Positions 36,576 through 48,395 of a DNA stretch of 64,000 bases are shown here, piece by piece. This DNA is from Dehalococcoidia bacterium (lineage in GTDB: Bacteria > Chloroflexota > Dehalococcoidia > UBA6926). Where the stretch lies: assembly GCA_963666115.2 (NCBI GenBank), contig CAXXET010000004.1, forward strand, positions 320,001 through 384,000. Direction: 5' to 3'. Position numbers and translations under genes: made by a program. Numbering within the stretch: the first letter of the stretch is position 1; the number at the start of each line of letters is the position of its first letter. Below the pieces are notes generated by a model. That model searched no databases. It was not told where the DNA came from and saw only the letters and a list, made by a program, of their open reading frames with translations.

Positions 36576-37055
36576 CTACGAGGGGCCTCCAAGGTTGGCT
36601 GCGAGTTGGGCGGCGGACTGGGGTGTGAGTTGGCCGCGCCACTGTTGATCATAGGCGACGACGGGGGCCTGGTTGCAGAGGCGGGGGCAGGAGATTGTTC
36701 GCACTTCAACGCCGCCGCTGCCGCCGGATTCGACGGCTTCGCGGATGGCGCGCTCGATGGAGCGGGCGCCGGTGACGTGGCAGGGGGCATCGATGCAGAC
36801 GTCGATGAAGTGGTCGCTGCCCTGCCCGACTGAGAAATCGGAGTAGAAGGAGAGGACGCCCCAGACTTCAGGCTGGGAGTAGCCGAGAATCTCGGCGGCG
36901 TCATCGACGGTGGTCTCAGGGATGTAGTTGAGCTGGTACTGGACGTCCAGCAAGGCCATGAGGAGCGCGCCCTTGTGGCCGACGTAGGCGGAGATGATGT
37001 CACGGGCGCGCTGGCGGGCGGCATCGGTGTTGTTGTTGGGTGTGGTGGTGGTCAT
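36576..37055 (-). CDS. NuoE/HydC-like 2Fe-2S subunit
   Basis: VWGVLSFYSDF, CIDAPC and CPRLC motifs. Confidence 0.9.
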   Translation of the reverse strand: MTTTTPNNNTDAARQRARDIISAYVGHKGALLMALLDVQYQLNYIPETTVDDAAEILGYSQPEVWGVLSFYSDFSVGQGSDHFIDVCIDAPCHVTGARSIERAIREAVESGGSGGVEVRTISCPRLCNQAPVVAYDQQWRGQLTPQSAAQLAANLGGPS

Positions 37056-37084
37056 GTGGACAGGATAGCAGAGGGCGGGTGCTC

Positions 37085-37398
37085 TTAGGGTGGGGCTTTT
37101 TGAGGGGGCGGAGTAGCGGTGATGGCGGCTTCCATTAGGAAGATGCCTATCGCTGTTAGCCAGAGGGCGGTGAGGGGTTGTTCGCTGAAGAAGAGGTTGT
37201 AGACGCCGTAGAGGATGAGGGCGGCTGCTCCCAGTTGGCCTATGCGGGCGGCGGTTCTTGTTGCGCGGTTTTGGTTGCCGGTGATTTTCCAGAGGGCGGC
37301 GGTGAGTAGGCGGCCGCCGTCCAGCGGGAAGAGGGGCAGCAGGTTGAAGGCTCCGATGATGAGGTTGGCCATGGCGATGTATTCAAGGGCACGTCCAT
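37085..37398 (-). pseudogene. C-terminal fragment of an M50 (site-2) protease
   Basis: FNLLPLFPLDGGR is present but HExxH and the N-terminal half are absent. Confidence 0.7.
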
Positions 37399-37469
37399 GA
37401 GGTACAGGCCGATGACTTGGGATTGTACAATGTGGGGGCAGTGAGGGTAACTAACATTGGCGGGCGGTT

Positions 37470-38225
37470 GTGTTTGAGATAGATATTAGCTCCGGGGCGC
37501 TGGCGGCGCTGACTCTTGGCTTTTTGCTAGGGCTGAAGCACGCGACGGACGCTGATCACGTGGTGGCGGTTTCAACCATCGCGATGCAGCAGCGGAAGGT
37601 GTGGAGCGGGCTGTGGGTTGGCACGTCGTGGGGGCTGGGACATACGACGCCGCTGTTGGTCTTAGGCATCATCATCCTGATTGTGAAGGAATCCGTGATG
37701 AGCCGCTATGAGGCGGTGGCGCCGGTTTTGGAGTTCGGGGTTGGGATCATGCTGGTGTTCCTGGGGGCGCAGGTGTTGTACAACCTGCGGCGGGGGCGCC
37801 TGCATACACACGTTCACACGGGGGAGGCGCAGCCGCACGTGCACGTTCACGCGACACACAGGCGGGCGAGCGATGATGAGCCGCCGGAGGAAGACGGGGC
37901 GCGTTCGCGGCCATCCGTGTTTCGGCTGCGGTCATTCGTGATCGGGACGGTGCATGGGCTGGCGGGGAGCGCGGCGGTGATGCTGGTGCTGCTGCCGAGC
38001 ATCGACGGGTTCTGGGTGGGCGTGGGTTATCTGCTTTTGTTTGGCGTGGGGACAATCATCTCGATGGGAGCGATCACGATTTTGCTGGGGGTGCCTTCTG
38101 CGCTCACTCAGGGGACGCGTCGGCTGAACCTGGCTGTGGCCGGGGTGGCGGGCATCGCCAGCCTGGGTTTCGGCCTGATGTTGATGAGCGACATTGGGCT
38201 GGGGACGAGCTTGTCGCCGTTATAG
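37470..38225 (+). CDS. nickel/cobalt transporter-like membrane protein (HoxN/UreH family)
   Basis: GLKHATDADH, WGLGHT, His-rich loop and GTVHGLAGS motifs. Confidence 0.9.
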   Translation: MFEIDISSGALAALTLGFLLGLKHATDADHVVAVSTIAMQQRKVWSGLWVGTSWGLGHTTPLLVLGIIILIVKESVMSRYEAVAPVLEFGVGIMLVFLGAQVLYNLRRGRLHTHVHTGEAQPHVHVHATHRRASDDEPPEEDGARSRPSVFRLRSFVIGTVHGLAGSAAVMLVLLPSIDGFWVGVGYLLLFGVGTIISMGAITILLGVPSALTQGTRRLNLAVAGVAGIASLGFGLMLMSDIGLGTSLSPL

Positions 38226-38233
38226 GGGAAGGT

Positions 38234-38308
<75 letters not shown>

Positions 38309-38433
38309 TCGGTGGTGAATACCTGTCCAGTATACGCGGTTGGCGCCGAAACAAGTGAATAGGTCAAGGGCGGTCATTTTGCACTGACCGGCGGTCTTTT
38401 CCAGTGGGTAGGAAACGAGGTTAAGTAGTAAGC

Positions 38434-41425
<2,992 letters not shown>

Positions 41426-41551
41426 CTACTTTGACTCGTTTCTTCTGCATTGTTGAAGAACCGCGGTCAGTACATACTGACCGTCTTGACCTATTCACTT
41501 GTTAAGGCGCAAACCATCATGCCGCCCGTCCGAGGACGGCGGCGGACTACC

Positions 41552-41581
41552 ACTATACGGACGCGGGGCGCGGGGTGTCAA
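41552..41581 (-). promoter_or_regulatory. sigma70 promoter of the 23S gene (TTGACA-N18-TATAGT)
   Basis: near-consensus boxes about 125 nt upstream of the 23S 5' end. Confidence 0.75.
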
Positions 41582-41587
41582 TGAGCG

Positions 41588-41613
41588 CCCTTCGACAAGC
41601 TCAGGGTGACCGG
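41588..41613 (+). repeat. family D repeat
   Basis: CCCTTCGACAAGCTCAGGGTGACCGG. Confidence 0.75.
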
Positions 41614-41670
41614 AGGGTGGCTGGTAGAATTGGGGGGTAGCGACGGCCAGAAGGCGGCGAGGGGGGATGC

Positions 41671-42702
41671 ATGCAGCTTCGGAAACTATCCGGCGGACTC
41701 AAGGATGCGTACCGCGGGTCGAACGTCGCCGGCCGCGTGCGAGATTTCGACGGATGGCTCGCCAGGGCGTCCGCCGATGACGGGGACGGCTACGACCACG
41801 CGGCAACGGTCAAGGAATACTACGACCTGTGCAGCGAGTTCATGGTGTACGGATGGGGCGAGTCCCTGCACTTCGCTCCCCTTTCGCCCACGGAGAGCCT
41901 GGAGGAGTCCAAGGCACGGCACCAGCGGTTGATGATCGAGAAGCTGGAGCTTGCGGAGGGGATGACGGTCATCGACGTTGGCTGCGGGCTGGGCGGGCCG
42001 ATGCGCCGCGTGGTCAGCGAGGGCGGCGTCAGGGTCGTTGGAATCAGCAACAGCGAACTCCAGTTGGAGAAGGCGCGCGCGCTGAATGCCGAGGCGGGAA
42101 TCGACGACATGGTCGATTACGTGGCGTGCAACTTCATGGACATGGGCGTTATTGCGGACAACACGTTCGACCGGGGATACGCGATTGAATCCACGTGCCA
42201 CGCGCCGGACAAGGCAGGCGCGTTCGCGGAGATCTACCGGGTGCTGAAGCCGGGCGCGCTGCTGTGGGGCCAGGAGATGTGCATGACGGACGCGTTCAAT
42301 CCCGATGACGATCAGCATCGCACCATCAAGCAGGACCTCATGCGCGGCATTGCGCTCAACGGCATCGCGACGACGCAGGAGGTGGACTGGACGCTGGAAG
42401 CGGTAGGGTTCGAGGTGATCGAGGGTATGGATCGGGGCGTGGTGGAGGACGATTTGGCGACGCCGTGGTACAGGCCGATGGAGAATCGGCACGGGACGGT
42501 GGGCAACGCCCTGCGGAGGACGCCGCTGGGGCGCAAGGGGATCATGTGGGGGTCAAAGCTGGCGGAGTTGGCCAGGGTATTTCCCAAGGGGTCTACGGAC
42601 GTGATCGGGCTGCTGGACCGGACGGCGAATGCGTACGTGGCGGGCGGGAAGACGGGGATATTTTCGCCGCTCTATTGTTTTTTGGCGCGGAAGCCGGGTT
42701 AG
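41671..42702 (+). CDS. sterol 24-C-methyltransferase-like (SMT/Erg6 family)
   Basis: YYD..YGWGESLHFAP (region I), IDVGCGLGGPMR (SAM binding), YAIESTCHAP (region III), C-terminal GGKTGIFSPLY..LARKP. Confidence 0.88.
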   Translation: MQLRKLSGGLKDAYRGSNVAGRVRDFDGWLARASADDGDGYDHAATVKEYYDLCSEFMVYGWGESLHFAPLSPTESLEESKARHQRLMIEKLELAEGMTVIDVGCGLGGPMRRVVSEGGVRVVGISNSELQLEKARALNAEAGIDDMVDYVACNFMDMGVIADNTFDRGYAIESTCHAPDKAGAFAEIYRVLKPGALLWGQEMCMTDAFNPDDDQHRTIKQDLMRGIALNGIATTQEVDWTLEAVGFEVIEGMDRGVVEDDLATPWYRPMENRHGTVGNALRRTPLGRKGIMWGSKLAELARVFPKGSTDVIGLLDRTANAYVAGGKTGIFSPLYCFLARKPG

Positions 42703-42746
42703 ATTCTTCGCTGCGCTCAGAATGACAAGCCGCGCTCAGAATGACA
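42702..42746 (+). repeat. family A repeat plus partial copy; the partial copy supplies the stop of the convergent peptidase
   Basis: full copy at 42702-42727; GCGCTCAGAATGACA at 42732-42746. Confidence 0.9.
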
Positions 42747-43815
42747 AAAGCAGGGCGCGGCAGAATTGGGCGCCCTGTTCGAGTTCTGAGATTTTGACGC
42801 TCTCACGGACGGTGTGGGCATCGTGCATGGCCGCGCCGACCACGACGGCCTCAATGCCGTTGAGGACGAAGACGTTGCCGTCCGTGCCGCCGCCGGAGAC
42901 CGCCATCTGGGGGGTCATACCGAGCCGCGTCAGGGTGTCCTTGACGCGGGCGAGCGCGCCGGCGGATTCATCCAGGCGGTAGCCGATGAATTGCTCTCGG
43001 AGGTCGCAGTTGATTGTGGCTTCCGTCCATCGCCCCTGCGTGTCCTGCACGATATTGAGGAGATAGGAGCGGACGCGCTCAAGGGCATCCGGGTCATGGC
43101 TGCGGGTTTCGCCGGTCAGGCTCGCGTGTTCCGGCACGGCGTTGCGGACGCTGCCGCCCTCGATGAGGCCGACGTTGAAGGTGGTGTTTTCGTCCAAGCG
43201 GCCGAGCCGCATCTGGACGATCATCTCTGCGGCGATCTGGATTGCAGAGATGCCCTTTTCCGGCTCGACGCCGGCGTGGGCGGCACGTCCGGTAATGTCG
43301 ATGTCAAAGGCCAGATAGGTGGGACTGCCCGTCGTGACCTGGTAGGCGGGGCCTTCGCCGTCAAAGACGACGGCTTCTTTGGCACGGAGCATGGAGAAAT
43401 CAAGGTTCTTGGCGCCGACGAGTCCGATTTCCTCTTCGCGAGTGAGGGCGATTTCAACGGGGCGGCGGGGCGCGCCGTCCAGTTGGAGGGATTCCAACGC
43501 TTCGAGGATGACAGACAGTCCGGCCTTGCAGTCGCCGCCAAGGACGGTGGATTGGTCGGTGTGGATGATGTCGCCATCGATGATGGGCCGGATGCCCCGC
43601 CCCGGCTCAACAGTATCCATGTGGGCGGAGAGGAGGATGGGGGAGTCGCCGGGCTCGGTGGCGATGACGTTGCCGTATGCGTCACGGGAGACTGTGAATC
43701 CGAGGGCTGCGAGGCGGGTTGAGAGGACGTCCGCGACGGCGGCCTCTTCGCCAGAGGGGCTGTCAATGCGGACGAGATCGGTGAATGTGGTGATGAGGCG
43801 GTCACGGTCAATCAT
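42736..43815 (-). CDS. M20 family metallopeptidase (peptidase T-like)
   Basis: SAHMDTV, LGGDCKAG, EEEIGLVGA, AAHAG and GGGTDGN motifs. Confidence 0.9.
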   Translation of the reverse strand: MIDRDRLITTFTDLVRIDSPSGEEAAVADVLSTRLAALGFTVSRDAYGNVIATEPGDSPILLSAHMDTVEPGRGIRPIIDGDIIHTDQSTVLGGDCKAGLSVILEALESLQLDGAPRRPVEIALTREEEIGLVGAKNLDFSMLRAKEAVVFDGEGPAYQVTTGSPTYLAFDIDITGRAAHAGVEPEKGISAIQIAAEMIVQMRLGRLDENTTFNVGLIEGGSVRNAVPEHASLTGETRSHDPDALERVRSYLLNIVQDTQGRWTEATINCDLREQFIGYRLDESAGALARVKDTLTRLGMTPQMAVSGGGTDGNVFVLNGIEAVVVGAAMHDAHTVRESVKISELEQGAQFCRALLLSF

Positions 43816-43830
43816 TGGGAGGGTTCTCCT

Positions 43831-44940
43831 TTAGAGCATGATCATGGCGTCGCCGAAGGAGTAGAAGCGGTATTCGTTGGCGATTGCCTCGCGGTAGGCG
43901 CGATCCACGAGGTCTTTGCCCGCAAAGGCGGCGGCGAGCATGAGGAGGGTGGAGCGCGGGAGGTGGAAGTTGGTAATCATCGCGCCAATCACGTTGAATT
44001 GGAAGCCGGGGAGGATCATGAGTTCCGTTTCGCCGATTTCAGGAGCGATTCTTCGTGGTCCACGCTGACCGGCGGTCGCTTCCTGGTTGATGGCTATCGA
44101 CTCAAGGGCACGGACGGGTGTTGAACCAACGGCTACGATACGCCGTCCGTCTGCGAGCGCCTGTGAGATGGTCTGCGCCGCATCCTCCGGCAGCTCGTAG
44201 CGCTCCTGCCCCATGACGTGTTCGCGGGGGTCATCGACCTTCACGGGCCTGAACGTTCCGGGGCCAACGTCCAGCGTCAGGCGGGCAATGCGGACACCCT
44301 GTTCCTGCAGGCCGTCCATCAGTTCCGGCGTGAAATGGAGCCCTGCGGTTGGCGCGGCGACGCTGCCGGGCTTGGAGGCATAGATGGTCTGATAACGTTC
44401 GAGGTTGGGAATCTCCTGGCGGATGTAGGGGGGGAGGGGCACCTGGCCGACGTCATCGAGGACAAAGCCCTCCGGCAGGGTCACTAGGCGAGTGCCGTCC
44501 GTGTATTGCTGGCCGACGTGGACACGGGGCGCGCCGGGGGCGTCCAACTCAACGATGGTGTTCGCGGCGACGCGGCGCGATGGGCGCACCATGGCGGTCC
44601 ACATGCGCTCATTGGCTTCGACTCCCTCTCCTGTGCCCGCGACAGGGCGGATGAGGAGAATCTCAACGTGTCCGCCGCCGTCTCGCTTGGTGCCCAGGAG
44701 GCGGGCGGGGATGACGCGGGTCTCGTTGACAACGAGGACGTCTCCCTCCGTGAGCACGGAGCCGAGTTCATAGAAATGCCTGTGCTCGATCAGGCCGGAG
44801 TCGCGGTGGACGACGAGGAGGCGGGACTGGTCGCGGGGTTCGATGGGCTGCTGGGCGATGAGATGCTCAGGGAGTTCAAAGTCGTAATCGGCCACCATGA
44901 AGGAGGCGGAGCCGCCGTTGCCGGAATCGTCGGATGTCAT
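43831..44940 (-). CDS. queA: S-adenosylmethionine:tRNA ribosyltransferase-isomerase
   Basis: LPEHLIAQ, PLPPYI, AAPTAGLHFT, TNFHLPRSTL and YRFYSFGDAM motifs. Confidence 0.96.
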   Translation of the reverse strand: MTSDDSGNGGSASFMVADYDFELPEHLIAQQPIEPRDQSRLLVVHRDSGLIEHRHFYELGSVLTEGDVLVVNETRVIPARLLGTKRDGGGHVEILLIRPVAGTGEGVEANERMWTAMVRPSRRVAANTIVELDAPGAPRVHVGQQYTDGTRLVTLPEGFVLDDVGQVPLPPYIRQEIPNLERYQTIYASKPGSVAAPTAGLHFTPELMDGLQEQGVRIARLTLDVGPGTFRPVKVDDPREHVMGQERYELPEDAAQTISQALADGRRIVAVGSTPVRALESIAINQEATAGQRGPRRIAPEIGETELMILPGFQFNVIGAMITNFHLPRSTLLMLAAAFAGKDLVDRAYREAIANEYRFYSFGDAMIML

Positions 44941-44948
44941 GAGTTCTG

Positions 44949-45434
44949 TCAGCCTTGCGCAACTGCCTGTACAGGTGATTCTACAACGGAGACGGTTCCC
45001 GTCATACCGGGGTCCGAATGGCCGGGGATGGAGCAGATGAGATCGAATTCGCCGACCTTCGTTGGCGTGAAGCGAACTGTCTTCTTGGAACCAATCCGCA
45101 TCGATCCCGTTGCGACGCTGAACTCCTCGATGACGAGATCGTGGTCGACGGTGCCGAGGTTCCTGAACTCGATGACGGCTTCCCGGTTCACGGGAATCTC
45201 GATGACATCCGGTTCAAATGCCCATTCGGTGCCGACGACGATGTAGCTGCCGTCGGGTTGGAGGCCCGTCGCGCCGATGTCCTGGTTGTTGTTGCAGGCG
45301 GCGAGGGCGAGGGTGAGGAGAAGGAGGAGGGGGAGATTCTTCGCTGCGCTCAGAATGACATAGCCGATGGATTGCGGGGCCGGCCCGATGGATTCCGGCT
45401 TTCGCCGGAATGAGGGGAAAATACGTTTCGTCAT
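44949..45434 (-). CDS. cupredoxin-domain lipoprotein
   Basis: LALAAC lipobox; H..CSIPGH..GM type-1 copper site; start overlaps the folD stop. Confidence 0.85.
   Translation of the reverse strand: MTKRIFPSFRRKPESIGPAPQSIGYVILSAAKNLPLLLLLTLALAACNNNQDIGATGLQPDGSYIVVGTEWAFEPDVIEIPVNREAVIEFRNLGTVDHDLVIEEFSVATGSMRIGSKKTVRFTPTKVGEFDLICSIPGHSDPGMTGTVSVVESPVQAVAQG
45335..45413 (+). repeat. family A copy (45335-45360) and family B variant (45391-45413) inside the cupredoxin signal region
   Basis: exact family A 26-mer; GATTCCGGCTTTCGCCGGAATGA with a compensatory stem change. Confidence 0.85.
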
Positions 45435-46315
45435 TAGGGGTTTTGGGCGCGGGCGGCGGAGACGGTGTTGCGGAGGAGCATGGCGACGGTCATGGGGCCG
45501 ACGCCGCCGGGCACGGGGGTGATGGCGCTCGCCACTTCAGACACGGCGTTGAAGTCAACGTCGCCGACGATCTTGTAGCCGCTCTTTTGGCTCTTGTCCT
45601 CAACGTGATTGATGCCCACGTCGATGACGACTGCGCCCGGCTTGACCATATCGGCGGTAATGCCTTCGGGGATACCGACGGCAACGACGAGGATGTCCGC
45701 CTGCTTCGTCATTTCACCGAGGTCCGGGGCCGTCCTGTGGCAGACGGTGACGCGCGGATAAAACTTTGGGTCGCCCTGCATCCATGCTGTGGCGATGGGT
45801 TTTCCAACGATATTGCTGCGGCCAACGATGACGGCGTGCTTGCCGCCAAGCTGCACGCCCTCTCGCCGCAGCATCTCCATGACGCCGAACGGCGTGGCGG
45901 GAACGAACTGCGAATCGCCGATGGCGAGGTGGCCGATGTTGAGCGGGTGGAAACCGTCTGCGTCCTTATCGGGCCGGACGGATTCGATGATGGCGTGTTC
46001 CTCGATGTGCGCAGGCAGCGGCAACTGCACGAGGATGCCGTGGACACGGTCTGCGCGGTTCAGCGATTCGATGAGGTCCAGCAGGCCGTCCTGCGACACA
46101 GAGGAGTCGATGCGATGAATCTCCGTGTAGATGCCGACCTCGCGGCAGGCGCGCTCCTTGTTGGCGACGTAGGTTTGGGAGGCGGGGTCATCGCCGACGA
46201 CGACGGCGGCAAGGCCGGGCATGACGCCTTTCGCCTTGAGCGCGGCGACATCACGCGCGACTTCCCTGCGGATGTCTGCGGCGATGGTGCGTCCGTCAAT
46301 GATGCGCGCGGTCAT
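45434..46315 (-). CDS. folD: methylenetetrahydrofolate dehydrogenase/cyclohydrolase
   Basis: GILVQLPLP, KDADGFHP, GRSNIVGKP and TPVPGGVGPMT motifs. Confidence 0.96.
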   Translation of the reverse strand: MTARIIDGRTIAADIRREVARDVAALKAKGVMPGLAAVVVGDDPASQTYVANKERACREVGIYTEIHRIDSSVSQDGLLDLIESLNRADRVHGILVQLPLPAHIEEHAIIESVRPDKDADGFHPLNIGHLAIGDSQFVPATPFGVMEMLRREGVQLGGKHAVIVGRSNIVGKPIATAWMQGDPKFYPRVTVCHRTAPDLGEMTKQADILVVAVGIPEGITADMVKPGAVVIDVGINHVEDKSQKSGYKIVGDVDFNAVSEVASAITPVPGGVGPMTVAMLLRNTVSAARAQNP

Positions 46316-46388
46316 AGGTTGAGTATAGCGTGGGGGCGGGTTCTGCCATAATTTGGGGGACTGCATCAACAGAGGAGCATCCACCAGT

Positions 46389-46778
46389 ATGTTGACCACC
46401 GGAATCGATATGTGCGAGGTATGGAGAATCAGGGAGGCGCGTGAGCGGTTCGGACAGCGGTTCCTTGATCGCGTCTACACGGAGGAGGAGCAGCGGACAA
46501 GCCGGATGCGAGACCCGGAGCTTGCGGCTCGGTTTGCCAGCAAGGAGGCCGTGATGAAGGCGCTGGGCACGGGGGCGCGCGGCGTCGGCTGGAAGGATAT
46601 CGAGATTCTGCCGATGCGGGGCGGCAAGCCGGAGGTGCGGCTGCATGGGCGGGCGAAAGCCGTTGCGGAGCGGATCGGGTTGACGGATTTGGCGGTGAGC
46701 CAGACACATTCGATCGAGTACGCGCTGTCGATTGTGGTGGGGACGGCGGAGTATCCTTCGCCGTATCACGCGCCGTAG
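46389..46778 (+). CDS. acpS: holo-ACP synthase
   Basis: TGID, AARFASKEAVMKALGTG and SQTH motifs. Confidence 0.93.
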   Translation: MLTTGIDMCEVWRIREARERFGQRFLDRVYTEEEQRTSRMRDPELAARFASKEAVMKALGTGARGVGWKDIEILPMRGGKPEVRLHGRAKAVAERIGLTDLAVSQTHSIEYALSIVVGTAEYPSPYHAP

Positions 46779-46784
46779 GGGGTG

Positions 46785-46804
46785 GATTCCCGCTTTCGCG
46801 GGAA
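46785..46804 (+). repeat. family B repeat
   Basis: GATTCCCGCTTTCGCGGGAA. Confidence 0.85.
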
Positions 46805-46820
46805 AAACGGAGGGGGCGGC

Positions 46821-48395
46821 ATGAGGGCGGTGACGGCTGCGGAGATGCGGCGTATTGAAGAGGGCGCGATAGCGCGGGGCGTCCCCGTTGAGGAACTGAT
46901 GGGGCGAGCCGGGGGGGCGGTTGCGGATCATGTCGGCGACGTTCTCGGCGGACAGATTGCACAACGGCGGATTCTTGTGCTGGCAGGCCCGGGAAAGAAC
47001 GGCGGCGATGGCCTGATTGCTGCGCGGATACTGAGGCAACGGGGGGCAATCGTTTCGGTTGCGTGTCCCATTCCGCGAGCGGACGACCCGCTGCTGGAAA
47101 GATGCGCGGCAGCCGGTTGCTCAATCACCCAGGGTGATTTGGCCGATTTAGACGCGACTCCGGCTAAAGCCGAACTTGTTGTTGATGCGCTGCTCGGCAC
47201 AGGGCATTCTCGCGCCATCGAAGGGGCGATGCTTGAATCACTGAACCTCGTACACGGCGCGGAGAACAAGCCAACGGTTGTGTCAGTCGACGTGCCATCC
47301 GGCCTTGATTCGGATACCGGGGAGGTGGACCCGGCCACTTTGCCAGCCGATGTGACGGTGGCGCTTGGCAACACAAAAATCGGCTGCCTGACCGTGAAAG
47401 GCGCGGAGTACTGCGGGGCCATCCACGCAGTCGAAATCGGGCTTGGTGGAGATGCGGATGACGGAGGCGGCGTCCACGTTCTGACCGCCGGAGACATCCA
47501 GGGGCTCCTGCCTGAGCGGCGAGCAACAAGCAATAAGGGCACGTTCGGGCATAGCCTCATCGTTGGAGGGTCGGAGGCGTACCGGGGCGCGCCGGCGCTG
47601 GCAGCGCGGGCTGCGGCGCGGGCAGGAGCCGGTACGGTTGCGATAGCCGCGCCGGAAACGATAACGGATTCTCTCGCGCCGATGGCGCCGGAGGCGACGC
47701 ATATACCGCTCCCGCAGACGAACCAGGGTGGACTAAAATCACCGCAATCAGCTCAGAGGCTCTCCAGAACCTTTTCTGAGAGGAGGACTGCGGCTATCGC
47801 GATTGGGCCTGGGATGGGGCAATCCAAGCGCGTGTCGAATTTTCTCTCTGAACTTCTTGATGGTATTCCGGCGGATACGCCTGTCGTCTTTGACGCGGAT
47901 GCTTTGACAATTTTGTCGCAGATGCCGGAGTGGTGGACGCGGTTACGGGGGCCAGTTGTGGTGACGCCGCATCCTGGGGAGATGGCGCGGCTGTGCGGGA
48001 TTTCGGTAGAGGACGTGCAGTTGGCGCGGGAAGGGGTCGCGGCGGAGAAGGCGAAGGAGTGGGGTGTGACCATCGTGCTGAAAGGCGCTTACACGATCAT
48101 TACCGGCCCGGATCAAGAAACGGCCATTTGCCCGCTCACTATGCCCGCCCTTGCATCAGGCGGAACCGGCGATGCGCTTGCCGGAATCGTCACAGGCTTC
48201 CTGTCGCAAGGGCTGACAAACTATGCGGCGGCACAGGCAGGCGTGTACGTGCATGGGACTGCGGCGGCTTTGGCGGCTCAGGACAACGGCAACATGACGT
48301 CGGGCCTATTGGCGTCCGACCTGATTGAGAAGATTCCGGCGGCGATGGGGTTGATTGCGCGGGGGGAAGGGCCGGTTCCGCCTCTGTTTGCCTAG
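46821..48395 (+). CDS. nnr: bifunctional NAD(P)H-hydrate epimerase/dehydratase
   Basis: GPGKNGGDG, DALLGTG, DVPSG, IGPGMG, TPHPGE and GGTGDALAG motifs. Confidence 0.94.
   Translation: MRAVTAAEMRRIEEGAIARGVPVEELMGRAGGAVADHVGDVLGGQIAQRRILVLAGPGKNGGDGLIAARILRQRGAIVSVACPIPRADDPLLERCAAAGCSITQGDLADLDATPAKAELVVDALLGTGHSRAIEGAMLESLNLVHGAENKPTVVSVDVPSGLDSDTGEVDPATLPADVTVALGNTKIGCLTVKGAEYCGAIHAVEIGLGGDADDGGGVHVLTAGDIQGLLPERRATSNKGTFGHSLIVGGSEAYRGAPALAARAAARAGAGTVAIAAPETITDSLAPMAPEATHIPLPQTNQGGLKSPQSAQRLSRTFSERRTAAIAIGPGMGQSKRVSNFLSELLDGIPADTPVVFDADALTILSQMPEWWTRLRGPVVVTPHPGEMARLCGISVEDVQLAREGVAAEKAKEWGVTIVLKGAYTIITGPDQETAICPLTMPALASGGTGDALAGIVTGFLSQGLTNYAAAQAGVYVHGTAAALAAQDNGNMTSGLLASDLIEKIPAAMGLIARGEGPVPPLFA

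Noticed and set aside
38309-38433. 5S rRNA downstream of 23S
   Set aside because: No 5S motifs; the segment is complementary to the 23S leader (processing stem).
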